Source of the DNA: the human T2T-CHM13v2.0 reference genome, Homo sapiens
Reading direction: 5' to 3' (one strand)
DNA: 64,000 nt
NCBI RefSeq assembly: GCF_009914755.1
Contig: NC_060933.1
The first letter of the stretch is position 1. Each line of letters opens with the position of its first letter. Shown in pieces: positions 1 through 13,600 of the stretch. The notes beneath the pieces were generated by a model. That model was given only the letters and a program-made list of their open reading frames with translations. It was not told the origin of the DNA and searched no databases. A program made the position numbers and the translations under genes.

Positions 1-530
1 CATTCCATTCCATTCGATTGAAATCGAGTTGATTCCATTCCATTCCATTCCATTCCATTCCATTCCATTCCTTTCCATTCCATTACGGATGATTCCATTC
101 CATTGCATTCCATTCCATTCCATTCCCCTGTACTCGGGTTGATTCCATTCCATTCCATTCCAATCCATGCCATTCCACTCGTGTTGATTCCATTCTTTCC
201 ATTCCATTCAAGTTGAATCCATTCCATTGCATTCCATTCCATTGGATTCCATCCGATTGCACTCGGGTTGATTCCATTCCATTGCATTCCGTTCCATTCC
301 ATTCCATTCCATTCCATTCAATTCCGTTCCATTCCATTACATTCGGATTGACTCTATTCAATTCCCTTACACTGCATTACATTCCATTCCATTCGGGTAG
401 TTTCCATTCCATTCCATTCCATTCCTCTCCATTCCATTGCACTCAGGTTGATTCCATTCCATTGCATTCCATTCCATTCCATTCAATTCCATTCCGTTCC
501 ATTCCATTCCATTCCGTTCCATTCCATTCC

Positions 531-545
531 ATTCCGGAAGATTCC
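531..545. promoter_or_regulatory. Perfect 3-unit heat-shock element motif aTTCc gGAAg aTTCc (first of ~47 in the window)
   Basis: ATTCCGGAAGATTCC matches nTTCnnGAAnnTTCn. HSF1 is known to bind Satellite III. Occupancy of this copy is not shown. Confidence 0.6.
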
Positions 546-737
546 ATTCCATTGCATTCCATTCCATTCCATTCCCCTGCACTCGCGTTGATTCCATTCC
601 ATTCCACTCCATTCCATTCCATTCCATTCCTTTCCGTTCCATTCCACTCCATTCCATTCCATTCCATTCCATTCCATTCCGTTCCGTTCCATTCCATTCC
701 ATTCCATTCTATTCGGGTTAATTCCATTCCATTCCAT

Positions 738-751
738 TCGATTGCAATCGA
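738..751. other. Perfect 14-bp palindrome TCGATTGCAATCGA (first of ~35 copies)
   Basis: The sequence equals its own reverse complement. Further copies at e.g. 7538, 8172, 8980, 9828, 11401, 22507, 35180, 53021, 63977. Confidence 0.9.
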
Positions 752-1089
752 GTTGATTCCATTCCATTCCATTCCATTCCATTACGGATGATTCCATTCC
801 ATTGCATTCCATTCCATTCCATTCCCCTGTACTCGGGTTGAATCCATTCCCTTCCATTCCAATCCATGCCATTCCACTCCTGTTGATTCCATTCTTTCCA
901 TTCCATTCAAGTTGAATCCATTCCATTGCATTCCATTCCATTCCATTCCCCTGCAGTCGGGTTGATTCCATTGCATTCCATTCCATTCCATTCCATTCCA
1001 TTCCATTCCGTTCCGTTCCGTTCCATTCCATTCCATTCTATTCGGTTTAATTCCATTCCATTCCATTCCATTCCATTCCATTCCATTCC

Positions 1090-3140
1090 ATTCCATTCCA
1101 ATCGAGTTGATTCCATTCCATTCCATTCCATTCCATTCCACTCCATTCCAGTCCTTTCCATTCCATTCCACTCGGGTTGATTCCATTCTATTCCTTTCCA
1201 TTCCATTCCATTCCATTGCAATCGAGTTGATTCCATTGCTTTGCATTCCATTCCATTCCATTCCATTCCGGATGATTCCATTCCATTGCATTCCATTCCA
1301 TTCCATTCCCCTGCACTCGGGTTGATTTCATTCCATTCCACTCCGTTCCATTCCATTCCATTCCATTCCATTGTATTCGGGTTAATTCCATTCCATTCCA
1401 TTCCAGTCCTTTCCATTCCATTCCACTCGGGTTGATTCCATTCTATTAGTTTCCTTTCCATTCCATTCCCTTCCATTCCACTCTGGCTGATTCCATTCCT
1501 TTCCATTCCACTCGAATACATTCCCTCCTATTCCACTCGGAACGATTCCGTTCCATTCCATTCCATTCCATTCCATTCCATTTCATTCCATTCCATTCCA
1601 TTCCATTCCATTTCGTTCCATTCCATTCTATTCCGTACCATTCCATTCCATTCCATTCCATTCCACTCGTGTTGATTCCATTCATTTCCATTCCATTCGG
1701 TTTGAAGGCATTCCATTCCATTCAATTCCATTCCATTCCATTCCATTCCATTCCATTCCATTCCAATCCATTCCATTCCATTGTACTCGGGTTGATTCCA
1801 TTCCATTGCATTCCATTCCATTCCATTCCATTCCATTCCGTTGCTTTCCATTCCATTACATTCGGATTGATTCTATTCAACTCCCTTACTCTCCATTACA
1901 TTCCATTCCATTCGGGTTGTTCCATTCCATTCCATTCCATTCCACTCCATTCCATTGCACTCGGGTTGATTCCATTCCATTCCATTCCATTCCATTCCAT
2001 TCCATTCCATTCCTTTCCGTTCCATTCCATTCCATTCCATTCCGTTCCGTTCCGTTCCATTCCATTCCATTCCATTCTATTCGGGTTAATTCCATTCCAT
2101 TCCATTGCATTCCATTCCATTCCATTCCAATCGAGTTGATTCCATTCCATTCCATTCCATTCAATTCCACTCCATTCCAGTCCTTTCCATTTCATTCCAC
2201 TCGGGTTGATTCCATTCTATTCCTTTCCATTCCATTCCATTCCGTTGCAATCGAGTTGATTCCATTGCTTTGCATTCCATTCCATTCCATTCCATTCCGG
2301 ATGATTCCATTCCATTGTATTCCATTCCATTACATTCCCCTGCACTCGGGTTGATTCCATTCCATTCCACTCCATTCCGTTCCATTCCGTTCCATTCCGT
2401 TGTATTCGGGTTAATTCCATTCCATTCCATTCCATTCCATTCCATTCCATTCCATTCCATTAAAATAGAGTTGATTCCATTCCATTCCATTCCAGTCCTT
2501 TCCATTCCATTCCACTCGGGTTGATTCCTTTCTATTAGTTTCCATTCCATTCCATTCCCTTCCATTCCACTCTGGCTGATTCCATTCTTTTCCATTCCAC
2601 TCGAATACATTCCCTCCTATTCCACTCGGAACGATTCCATTCCATTCCATTCCATTCCATTCCATTCCATTCCATTCCATTCCATTCCATTTCGTTCCAT
2701 TCCATTCTATTCCGTACCATTCCATTCCATTCCATTCCATTCCATTCCATTCCATTCCACTCGTGTTGATTCCATTCCTTTCCATTCCATTCGGTTTGAA
2801 GGCATTCCATTCCATTCAATTCCATTCCATTTCATTCCATTCCATTCCATTCCATTCCATTCCATTGCATTCCATTCCATTCCATTCCATTGTACTCGGG
2901 TTGATTCCATTCCATTGCATTCCATTCCATTCCATTCCATTCCATTCCATTCCATTCCATTCCATTCCTTTGGTTTCCATTCCATTACATTCGGATTGAT
3001 TCTATTCAACTCCCTTACTCTCCATTACATTCCATTCCATTCGGGTTGTTCCATTCCATTCCATTCCATTCCACTCCATTCCATTGCACTCGGGTTGATT
3101 CCATTCCATTCCATTCCATTCCATTCCATTCCATTCCATT
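1090..3140 (+). repeat. Diverged ~1.03-1.13 kb tandem duplication (repeated in copy 2 at ~11750-13760)
   Basis: Same landmark order in both units. Offsets: 1029 (1241 vs 2270), 1089 (1514 vs 2603), 1129 (1873 vs 3002). Both units share the variant CTCTGGCTGA (1481, 2570) where most other copies read CTCTGGTTGA. Confidence 0.8.
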
Positions 3141-3490
3141 CCATTCCGGATGATTCCATTCCATTGCATTCCGTTCCATTCCATTCCCCTGCACTCGCGT
3201 TGATTCCATTCCATTCCATTCCATTCAATTCCATTCCATTACAATTCGTTCCATTCCATTCTATTCCGTAGCAATCCATTCCATTCCATACCATTCCATT
3301 CCATTCCATTCCATTGCATTCCATTCCATTCCGTTCCATTCCGTTCCATTCCATTCCATTCCATTCTATTCGGGTTAATTCCATTCCATTCCATTCCATT
3401 CCATTCGATTCCATTCTATTCCATTCCATTGCAATCGAGTTGAATCCATTGCATTTCATTCCATTCCATTCCATTCCATTCCATTCCATT

Positions 3491-3590
3491 CCTTTCCATT
3501 ACATTACGGATGATTCCATTCCACTTCATTCCATTCCATTCCTTTCCATTACATTACGGATGATTCCATTCCATTTCATTCCATTCCATT
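3491..3590 (+). repeat. 50-bp tandem duplication (CCTTTCCATTACATTACGGATGATT...), also at 14114-14213
   Basis: 3491-3540 and 3541-3590 differ at one base (CCACT vs CCATT). Confidence 0.9.
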
Positions 3591-6500
3591 CCATTCCCCA
3601 GTACTCGGGTTGATGCCATTCCATTCCATTCCAATCCATGGCATTCCACTCGTGTTGATTCCATTCTTTCCATTCCATTCAAGATGAATCCATTCCATTG
3701 CATTCCATTCCATTCGATTCCATTCGTTTGCACTCGTGTTGATTCCATGGCATTGCATTCCATTCCGTTCCATTCCATTCCTTTCCATTCCATTCCATTC
3801 CTTTCCATTCCATTCCATTCCATTCGGATTCATTCTATTCAATTCCCTTACACTCCATTACGTTACATTCCATTCGTGTTGTTCCATTCCATTCCATTCC
3901 ATTTCACTCCATTCCATTGCACTCGGGTTGATTCCATTCCATTCCATTCCATTCCATTCCGGATGATTCCATTCCATTGCATTCCGTTCTATTCCATTCC
4001 CCTGCACTCGCGCTGATTCCATTCCATTCCATTCCATTCCATTCAATTCCATTCCATTACAATTCGTTCCATTCCATTCTATTCCGTACCATTCCATTCA
4101 ATTCCATACCATTCCATTCCATTCCATTCCATTCCATTCCATTCAGTTCCATTCCATTCCATTCCATTCCATTCCATTCTATTTGGGTTAATTCCATTCC
4201 ATTCCATTCCATTCCATTCCATTCCATTCCATTCTATTCCATTCCATTGCAATCGAGTTGAATCCATTGCATTTCATTCCATTCCATTCCATTCCATTCC
4301 ATTCCATTCCGGAAAATTCCATTCCATTGCATTCCTTTCATTCCATTCCCCTGCACTCGCGTTGATTCCATTCCATTCCATTCCATTCCATTCCATTCCG
4401 TTCCGTTCCGTACCATTCCATTCCATTCCATTCCATTCCATTTCGTTCCGTTCCATTCCATTCCATTCCATTCTATTCGGGTTAATTCCATTCCATTCCA
4501 TTCGATTGCAATCCAGTTGATTCCATTCCATTCCATTCCATTCCATTCCATTCCATTCCATTCCAATACGGATGATTCCATTCCATTGCATTCCATTCCA
4601 TTCCATTCCCCTGTACTCGGGTTGACTCCATTCCCTTCCATTCCAATCCATGCCATTCCACTCGTGTTGATTCCATTCTTTCCATTCCATTCAAGTTGAA
4701 TCCATTCCATTGCATTCCATTCCATTCCATTCCCCTGCAATCGGGTTTATTCCATTCCATTCCATTCCATTCCATTCCATTCCATTCCGTTCCGTTCCGT
4801 TCCGTTCTGTCCCATTCCATTCCATTCCATTCTATTCGGTTTAATTCCATTCCATTCCATTCCATTCCATTCCATTCCATTCCAATCGAGTTGATTCCAT
4901 TCCATTCCATTCCACTCCATTCCAGTCCTTTCCATTCCATTCCACTCGGGTTGATTCCATTCTATTCCTTTCCATTCCATTCCATTCCATTGCAATCGAG
5001 TTGATTCCATTGCTTTGCATTCCATTCCATTCCATTCCATTCCGGATGATTCCATTCCATTGCATTCCATTCCATTCCATTCCCCTGCACTCGGGTTGAT
5101 TCCATTCCATTCCACTCCATTCCGTTCCATTCCATTCCATTGCATTGTATTCGGGTTAATTCCATTCCATTCCATTCCATTCCATTCCATTCCATTCCAT
5201 TACAATCGAGTTGATCCCATTCCATTCCATTCCATTCCAGTCCTTTCCATTCCATTCCACTCAGGTTGATTCCATTCTATTAGTTTCCATTCCATTCCAT
5301 TCCCTTCCATTCCACTCTGGTTGATTCCATTCCTTTCCATTCCACTCGTATACATTCCCTCCTATTCCACTCGGAACGATTCCTTTCCATTCCATTCCAT
5401 TCCATTCCATTCCATTCCATTCCATTTCTTTCCATTCCATTCTTTTCCGTACCATTCCATTCCATTCCATTCCATTCCTTTCCATTCCACTCGTGTTGAT
5501 TCCATTCCTTTCCATTCCATTCGGTTTGAAGGCATTCCATTCCATTCCATTCCATTCCATTCCATTCCATTCCATTCCATTCCATTCCATTCCGTTGTAC
5601 TCGGGTTGATTCCATTCCATTGCATTCCATTCCATTCCATTCCATTCCATTCCGTTGCATTCCATTCCATTACATTCTGATTGACTCTATTCAACACCCT
5701 TACTCTCCATTACATTCCATTTCATTCGGGTTGTTCCATTCCATTCCATTCCATTCCACTCCATTCCATTGCACTCGGGTTGATTCCATTCCATTCCATT
5801 CCATTCCATTCCATTCCATTCCTTTCCATTACATTACGGATGATTCCATTCCATTGCATTCCATTCCATTCCATTCACCTCTACTCGGGTTGATTCCATT
5901 CCATTCCATTCCATTCCATGCCATTCCACTCGTGTTGATTCCATTCTTTCCATTCCATTCAATTTGAATAAATTCTATTGCATTCCATTCCATTCGATTC
6001 CATTCGATGGCACTCGGGTTGATTCCATTCCATTGCATTCCATTCCATTCCATTCCATTCCATTCCGTTCCATTCCATTCCATTACATTCGGATTGATTC
6101 TATTCAATTCCCTTACACTCCATTACATTCCATTCCATTCGGGTAGTTTCCATTCCGTTCCATTCCATTCCTCTCCATTCCATTGCACTCGGGTTGATTC
6201 CATTCCATTCCATTCCATTCCATTCCATTACATTCCACTCCGGATGATTCCATTCCATTGAATTCCATTCCATTCCATTCCCCTGCACTTGGGTTGATTC
6301 CATTCCATTCCATTCCATTCCTTTCCGTTCCATTCCATTCCATTCCATTCCATTCCATTCCATTCCATTCTATTTGTGTTAATTCCATTCCATTCTGTTC
6401 CATTTCATTCCATTGAAATCGAGTTGATTCCATTCCATTCCATTCCATTCCTTTCCATTCCATTCCGGATGATTCCATTCCATTGCATTCCATTCCATTC

Positions 6501-9500
6501 CATTCCCCTGCACTTGGGTTGAATCCATTCCATTCCATTCCATTACATTCCGTTCCATTCCATTCCATTCCATTCTATTCGGGTTACTTCCATTCCATTC
6601 CATTCCACTCCATTCCCGTCCTTTCCATTCCATTCCACTCGGGTTGATTCCATTCTATTCCTTTCCATTCCATTCCATTCCATTGCAATCGAGTTGATTC
6701 CATTCGAGTTGTATCCATTCCATTCCATTCCATTCCATTACATTGCACACGGTTTCATTCCATTCCATTCCATTCCATTCCATTCCATTCCATTCCATTC
6801 CATTCCATTCCATTGTACTCGGGTTGATTCAATTCCATTGCATTCCATTCCATTCCATTCCATTCCATTCCGTTGCACTCCATTCCATTACATTCGGATT
6901 GATTCTATTAAACTCCCTTACTCTCCATTACATTCCATTCCATTCGGGTTGTTCCATTCCATTCCATTCCATTCCACTCCATTCCATTGCACTCGGGTTG
7001 ATTCCATTCCATTCCATTCCATTCCGGATGATTCCATTCCACTGCATTCCGTTCCATTACATTCCCCTGCACTCGCGTTGATTCCATTCCATTCCATTCC
7101 ATTCCGTTGAATTCCATTCCATTACAATTCGTTCCATTCCATTCTATTCCGTACCATTCCATTCCATTCCATACCATTCCATTCCATTCCATTCCATTCC
7201 ATTCCATTCCATTCTATTCGGATTAATTCCATTCCATTCCATTCCATTCCATTCTATTCCATTCCATTGCAATCGAGTTGAATCCATTGCATTTCATTCC
7301 ATTCCATTCCATTCCATTCCATTCCATTCCATTCCATTCCGGAAGATTCCATTCCATTGCATTCCATTCCATTCCATTCCCCTGCACTCGCGTTGATTCC
7401 ATTTCATTCCATTCCATTCCATTCCATTCCATTCCTTTCCGTTCCATTCCATTCCATTCCATTCAATTCCATTCCATTCCGTTCCGTTCCATTCCATTCC
7501 ATTCCATTCTATTCGGGTTAATTCCATTCCATTCCATTCGATTGCAATCGAGTTGATTCCATTCCATTCCATTCCATTCCATTTCATTCCATTCCTTTCC
7601 ATTCCATTACGGATGATTCCATTACATTGCATTCCATTCCCTTCCATTCGCCTGTACTCGGGTTCATTCCATTCCATTCCATTCCATTCCAATCCATGGC
7701 ATTCCACTCGTGTTGATTCCATTCTTTCCATTCCATTCAAGTTGAATCCATTCCATTGCATTCCATTCCATTCGCTTCCATTCGATTGCACTCGGGTTGA
7801 TTCCATTCCATTGCATTCCATTCCATTCCATTCCATTCCATTCCATTCCATTCCATTCCGTTCCATTCCATTCCATTACATACGGATTGATTCTATTCAA
7901 TTCCCTTACACTCCATTACATTCCATTCCATTCGGGTAGTTTCCATTCCATTCCATTCCATTCCTCTCCCTTCCATTGCACTCGGGTTGATTCCATTCCA
8001 TTGCATTCCATTCCATTCCATTCCCCTGCACTCGCGTTGATTCCATTCCATTCCATTCTATTCCATTCCATTCCCTTCCTTTCCGTTCCATTCCATTCCA
8101 TTCCATTCCATTCCGTTCCGTTCCATTCCATTCCATTCCATTCTATTCGGGTTAATTCCATTCCATTCCATTCGATTGCAATCGAGTTGATTCCATTCCA
8201 TTCCATTCCATTCCATTCCATTCCTTTCCATTCCATTACGGATGATTCCATTCCATTGCATTCCATTCCATTCCATTCCCCTGTACTCGGGTTGATTCCA
8301 TTCCATTGCATTCCAATCCATGCCCTTCCACTCGTGTTGATTCCATTCTTTCCATTCCATTCAAGTTGAATCCATTCCATTGCATTCCATTCCATTCGAT
8401 TCCATTCGATTGCACTCGGGTTGATTCCATTCCATTGCATTCCATTCCATTCCATTCCATTCCATTCCGTTCCATTCCATTCCATTACATTCGGATTGAT
8501 TCTATTCAATTCCCTTACACTCCATTACATTCCATTCCATTCGGGTTGTTTCCATTCCATTCCATTCCATTCCTCTCCATTCCATTGAACTCGGGTTGAT
8601 TCCATTCCATTGCATTCCATTCCATTCCATTCAATTCCATTCCGTTCCATTCCATTCCATTACATTCGGATTGATTCTATTCAACTCCCTTACTCTCCAT
8701 TACATTCCATTCCATTCGGGTTGTTCCAATCCATTCCATTCCATTCCACTCCATTCCATTGCACTCGGGTTTATTCCATTCCATTCCATTCCATTGCATT
8801 CCATTCCATTCCATTCCCCTGCACTCGCGTTGATTCCATTCCATTCCATTCCATTCCATTCCATTCCTTTCCGTTCCATTCCATTCCATTCCATTCCATT
8901 CCAATCCATTCCATTCCGTTCCGTTCCGTTCCATTCCATTCCATTCCATTCTATTCGGGTTAATTCCATTCCATTCCATTCGATTGCAATCGAGTTGATT
9001 CCATTCCATTCCATTCCATTCCATTCCATTCCATTCCATTCCATTCCTTTCCATTCCATTACGGATGATTCCATTCCATTGCATTCCATTCCATTCCATT
9101 CCCCTGTACTCGGGTTGATTCCATTCCATTCCATTCCAATCCATGCCATTCCACTCGTGTTGATTCCATTCTTTCCATTCCATTCAAGTTGAATCCATTC
9201 CATTGCATTCCATTCCATTCGATTCCATTCGATTGCACTCGGGTTGATTCCATTACATTGCATTCCATTCCATTCCAATCCATTCCATTCCATTCCATTC
9301 CATTCCATTCCGTTCCTTTCCATTCCATTCCATTCCATTCCATTCCGTTCCATTCCATTCCATTACATTCGGATTGATTCTATTCAATTCCCTTACACTC
9401 CATTACATTCCATTCCATTCGGGTAGTTTCCATTCCATTCCATTCCATTCCTCTCCATTCCATTGAACTCAGGTTGATTCCATTCCATTGCATTCCATTC

Positions 9501-10663
9501 CATTCCATTCAATTCCATTCCGTTCCATTCCATTCCATTACATTCGGATTGATTCTATTCAACTCCCTTACTCTCCATTACATTCCATTCCATTCGGGTT
9601 GTTCCATTGCATTCCATTCCATTCCGTTCCATTCCGGAAGATTCCATTCCATTGCATTCCATTCCATTCCATTCCCCTGCACTCGCGTTGATTCCATTCC
9701 ATTCCATTCCATTCCATTCCCTTCAATTCCATTCCTTTCCGTTCCATTCCATTCCATTCCATTCCGTTCCGTTCCGTTCCATGCCATTCCATTCCATACT
9801 ATTCGGATTAATTCCATTCCATTCCATTCGATTGCAATCGAGTTGATTCCATTCCATTCCATTCCATTCTATTCCATTCCATTCCATTCCATTCCATTCC
9901 ATTCCTCTGCACTCGCGTTGATTCCATTCCATTCCACTCCATTCCATTCCATTCCATTCCTTTCGGTTCCATTCCATTCCATTCCATTCCATTCCATTCC
10001 ATTCAATTCCGTTCCGTTCCATTCCATTCCATTCCATTCTATTCGGGTTAATTCCATTCCATTCCATTCGATTGCAATCGAGTTGATTCCATTCCATTCC
10101 ATTCCATTCCATTCCATTCCTTTCTATTCCATTACGGATGATTCCATTCTATTGCATTCCATTCCATTCCATTCCCCTGTACTCGGTTTGATTCCATTCC
10201 CTTCCATTCCAATCCATGCCATTCCACTCGTGTTGATTCCATTCTTTCCATTCCATTCAAGTTGAATCCATTCCATTGCATTCCATTCCATTCCATTCCC
10301 CTGCAGTCGGGTTGATTCCATTCCGTTCCATTCCATTCCATTCCATTCCATTCCATTCCGTTCCGTTCCATTCCATTCCATTCCATTCTATTCGGGTTAA
10401 TTCCATTCAATTCCATTCCATTCCATTCCATTCCATTCCATTCAGTTCCATTCCATTCCATTCCATTCCATTCCATTCCGTTCAGTTCCGTTCCGTTCCA
10501 TTCCATTCCATTCCATTCCATTCCATTCCCCTGCACTCGCGTTGATTCCATTCCATTCCATTCCATTCCATTCCGTTCCGTTCCGTTCCGTTTCATTCCA
10601 TTCCATTCCATTCCATTCCGTTCCGTTCCATTCCATTCCATTCCATTCTATTCGGGTTAATTC

Positions 10664-13600
10664 CATTCCATTCCATTCGATTGAAATCGAGTTGATTCCA
10701 TTCCATTCCATTCCATTCCATTCCATTCCATTCCTTTCCATTCCATTACGGATGATTCCATTCCATTGCATTCCATTCCATTCCATTCCCCTGTACTCGG
10801 GTTGATTCCATTCCATTCCATTCCAATCCATGCCATTCCACTCGTGTTGATTCCATTCTTTCCATTCCATTCAAGTTGAATCCATTCCATTGCATTCCAT
10901 TCCATTGGATTCCATCCGATTGCACTCGGGTTGATTCCATTCCATTGCATTCCGTTCCATTCCATTCCATTCCATTCCATTCAATTCCGTTCCATTCCAT
11001 TACATTCGGATTGATTCTATTCAATTCCCTTACACTGCATTACATTCCATTCCATTCGGGTAGTTTCCATTCCATTCCATTCCATTCCTCTCCATTCCAT
11101 TGCACTCAGGTTGATTCCATTCCATTGCATTCCATTCCATTCCATTCAATTCCATTCCGTTCCATTCCATTCCATTCCGTTCCATTCCATTCCATTCCGG
11201 AAGATTCCATTCCATTGCATTCCATTCCATTCCATTCCCCTGCACTCGCGTTGATTCCATTCCATTCCACTCCATTCCATTCCATTCCATTCCTTTCCGT
11301 TCCATTCCACTCCATTCCATTCCATTCCATTCCATTCCATTCCGTTCCGTTCCATTCCATTCCATTCCATTCTATTCGGGTTAATTCCATTCCATTCCAT
11401 TCGATTGCAATCGAGTTGATTCCATTCCATTCCATTCCATTCCATTACGGATGATTCCATTCCATTGCATTCCATTCCATTCCATTCCCCTGTACTCGGG
11501 TTGAATCCATTCCCTTCCATTCCAATCCATGCCATTCCACTCCTGTTGATTCCATTCTTTCCATTCCATTCAAGTTGAATCCATTCCATTGCATTCCATT
11601 CCATTCCATTCCCCTGCAGTCGGGTTGATTCCATTGCATTCCATTCCATTCCATTCCATTCCATTCCATTCCGTTCCGTTCCGTTCCATTCCATTCCATT
11701 CTATTCGGTTTAATTCCATTCCATTCCATTCCATTCCATTCCATTCCATTCCATTCCATTCCAATCGAGTTGATTCCATTCCATTCCATTCCATTCCATT
11801 CCACTCCATTCCAGTCCTTTCCATTCCATTCCACTCGGGTTGATTCCATTCTATTCCTTTCCATTCCATTCCATTCCATTGCAATCGAGTTGATTCCATT
11901 GCTTTGCATTCCATTCCATTCCATTCCATTCCGGATGATTCCATTCCATTGCATTCCATTCCATTCCATTCCCCTGCACTCGGGTTGATTTCATTCCATT
12001 CCACTCCGTTCCATTCCATTCCATTCCATTCCATTGTATTCGGGTTAATTCCATTCCATTCCATTCCAGTCCTTTCCATTCCATTCCACTCGGGTTGATT
12101 CCATTCTATTAGTTTCCTTTCCATTCCATTCCCTTCCATTCCACTCTGGCTGATTCCATTCCTTTCCATTCCACTCGAATACATTCCCTCCTATTCCACT
12201 CGGAACGATTCCGTTCCATTCCATTCCATTCCATTCCATTCCATTTCATTCCATTCCATTCCATTCCATTCCATTTCGTTCCATTCCATTCTATTCCGTA
12301 CCATTCCATTCCATTCCATTCCATTCCACTCGTGTTGATTCCATTCATTTCCATTCCATTCGGTTTGAAGGCATTCCATTCCATTCAATTCCATTCCATT
12401 CCATTCCATTCCATTCCATTCCATTCCAATCCATTCCATTCCATTGTACTCGGGTTGATTCCATTCCATTGCATTCCATTCCATTCCATTCCATTCCATT
12501 CCGTTGCTTTCCATTCCATTACATTCGGATTGATTCTATTCAACTCCCTTACTCTCCATTACATTCCATTCCATTCGGGTTGTTCCATTCCATTCCATTC
12601 CATTCCACTCCATTCCATTGCACTCGGGTTGATTCCATTCCATTCCATTCCATTCCATTCCATTCCATTCCATTCCTTTCCGTTCCATTCCATTCCATTC
12701 CATTCCGTTCCGTTCCGTTCCATTCCATTCCATTCCATTCTATTCGGGTTAATTCCATTCCATTCCATTGCATTCCATTCCATTCCATTCCAATCGAGTT
12801 GATTCCATTCCATTCCATTCCATTCCATTCCACTCGATTCCAGTCCTTTCCATTTCATTCCACTCGGGTTGATTCCATTCTATTCCTTTCCATTCCATTC
12901 CATTCCGTTGCAATCGAGTTGATTCCATTGCTTTGCATTCCATTCCATTCCATTCCATTCCGGATGATTCCATTCCATTGTATTCCATTCCATTACATTC
13001 CCCTGCACTCGGGTTGATTCCATTCCATTCCACTCCATTCCGTTCCATTCCGTTCCATTCCGTTGTATTCGGGTTAATTCCATTCCATTCCATTCCATTC
13101 CATTCCATTCCATTCCATTCCATTAAAATAGAGTTGATTCCATTCCATTCCATTCCAGTCCTTTCCATTCCATTCCACTCGGGTTGATTCCTTTCTATTA
13201 GTTTCCATTCCATTCCATTCCCTTCCATTCCACTCTGGCTGATTCCATTCTTTTCCATTCCACTCGAATACATTCCCTCCTATTCCACTCGGAACGATTC
13301 CATTCCATTCCATTCCATTCCATTCCATTCCATTCCATTCCATTCCATTCCATTTCGTTCCATTCCATTCTATTCCACTCGTGTTGATTCCATTCCTTTC
13401 CATTCCATTCGGTTTGAAGGCATTCCATTCCATTCAATTCCATTCCATTTCATTCCATTCCATTCCATTCCATTCCATTCCATTGCATTCCATTCCATTC
13501 CATTCCATTGTACTCGGGTTGATTCCATTCCATTGCATTCCATTCCATTCCATTCCAATCCATTCCATTCCATTCCATTCCATTCCGTTGGTTTCCATTC

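Larger units (their letters stand above)
1..6797 (+). repeat. Segmental duplication A, copy 1 (near-identical to 10664-17430)
   Basis: ORF track gives identical peptides at offset 10663 (83..361 vs 10746..11024; 907..1521 vs 11570..12184). Shared rare words include CGATTGAAATCG, GTAGCAATCC, AATTTGAATAAATT and CATTGCACACGGTTT. The offset drifts only by multiples of 5 (10618-10663). Confidence 0.95.

Noticed and set aside
532-539. TTCCGGAA as a STAT GAS site
   Set aside because: The spacing is N2; canonical GAS sites are TTC-N3-GAA (N4 for STAT6).
1534-1549. CACTCGGAACGATTCC as a heat-shock element
   Set aside because: GAA and TTC are separated by 3 nt rather than 2, and the upstream unit is degenerate.
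5961-5975. AATAAA in AATTTGAATAAATT (also ~16596) as a polyadenylation signal
   Set aside because: It arises from point changes in the CAAGTTGAATCCATT cassette, lies on the C-rich strand, and has no supporting transcript context.
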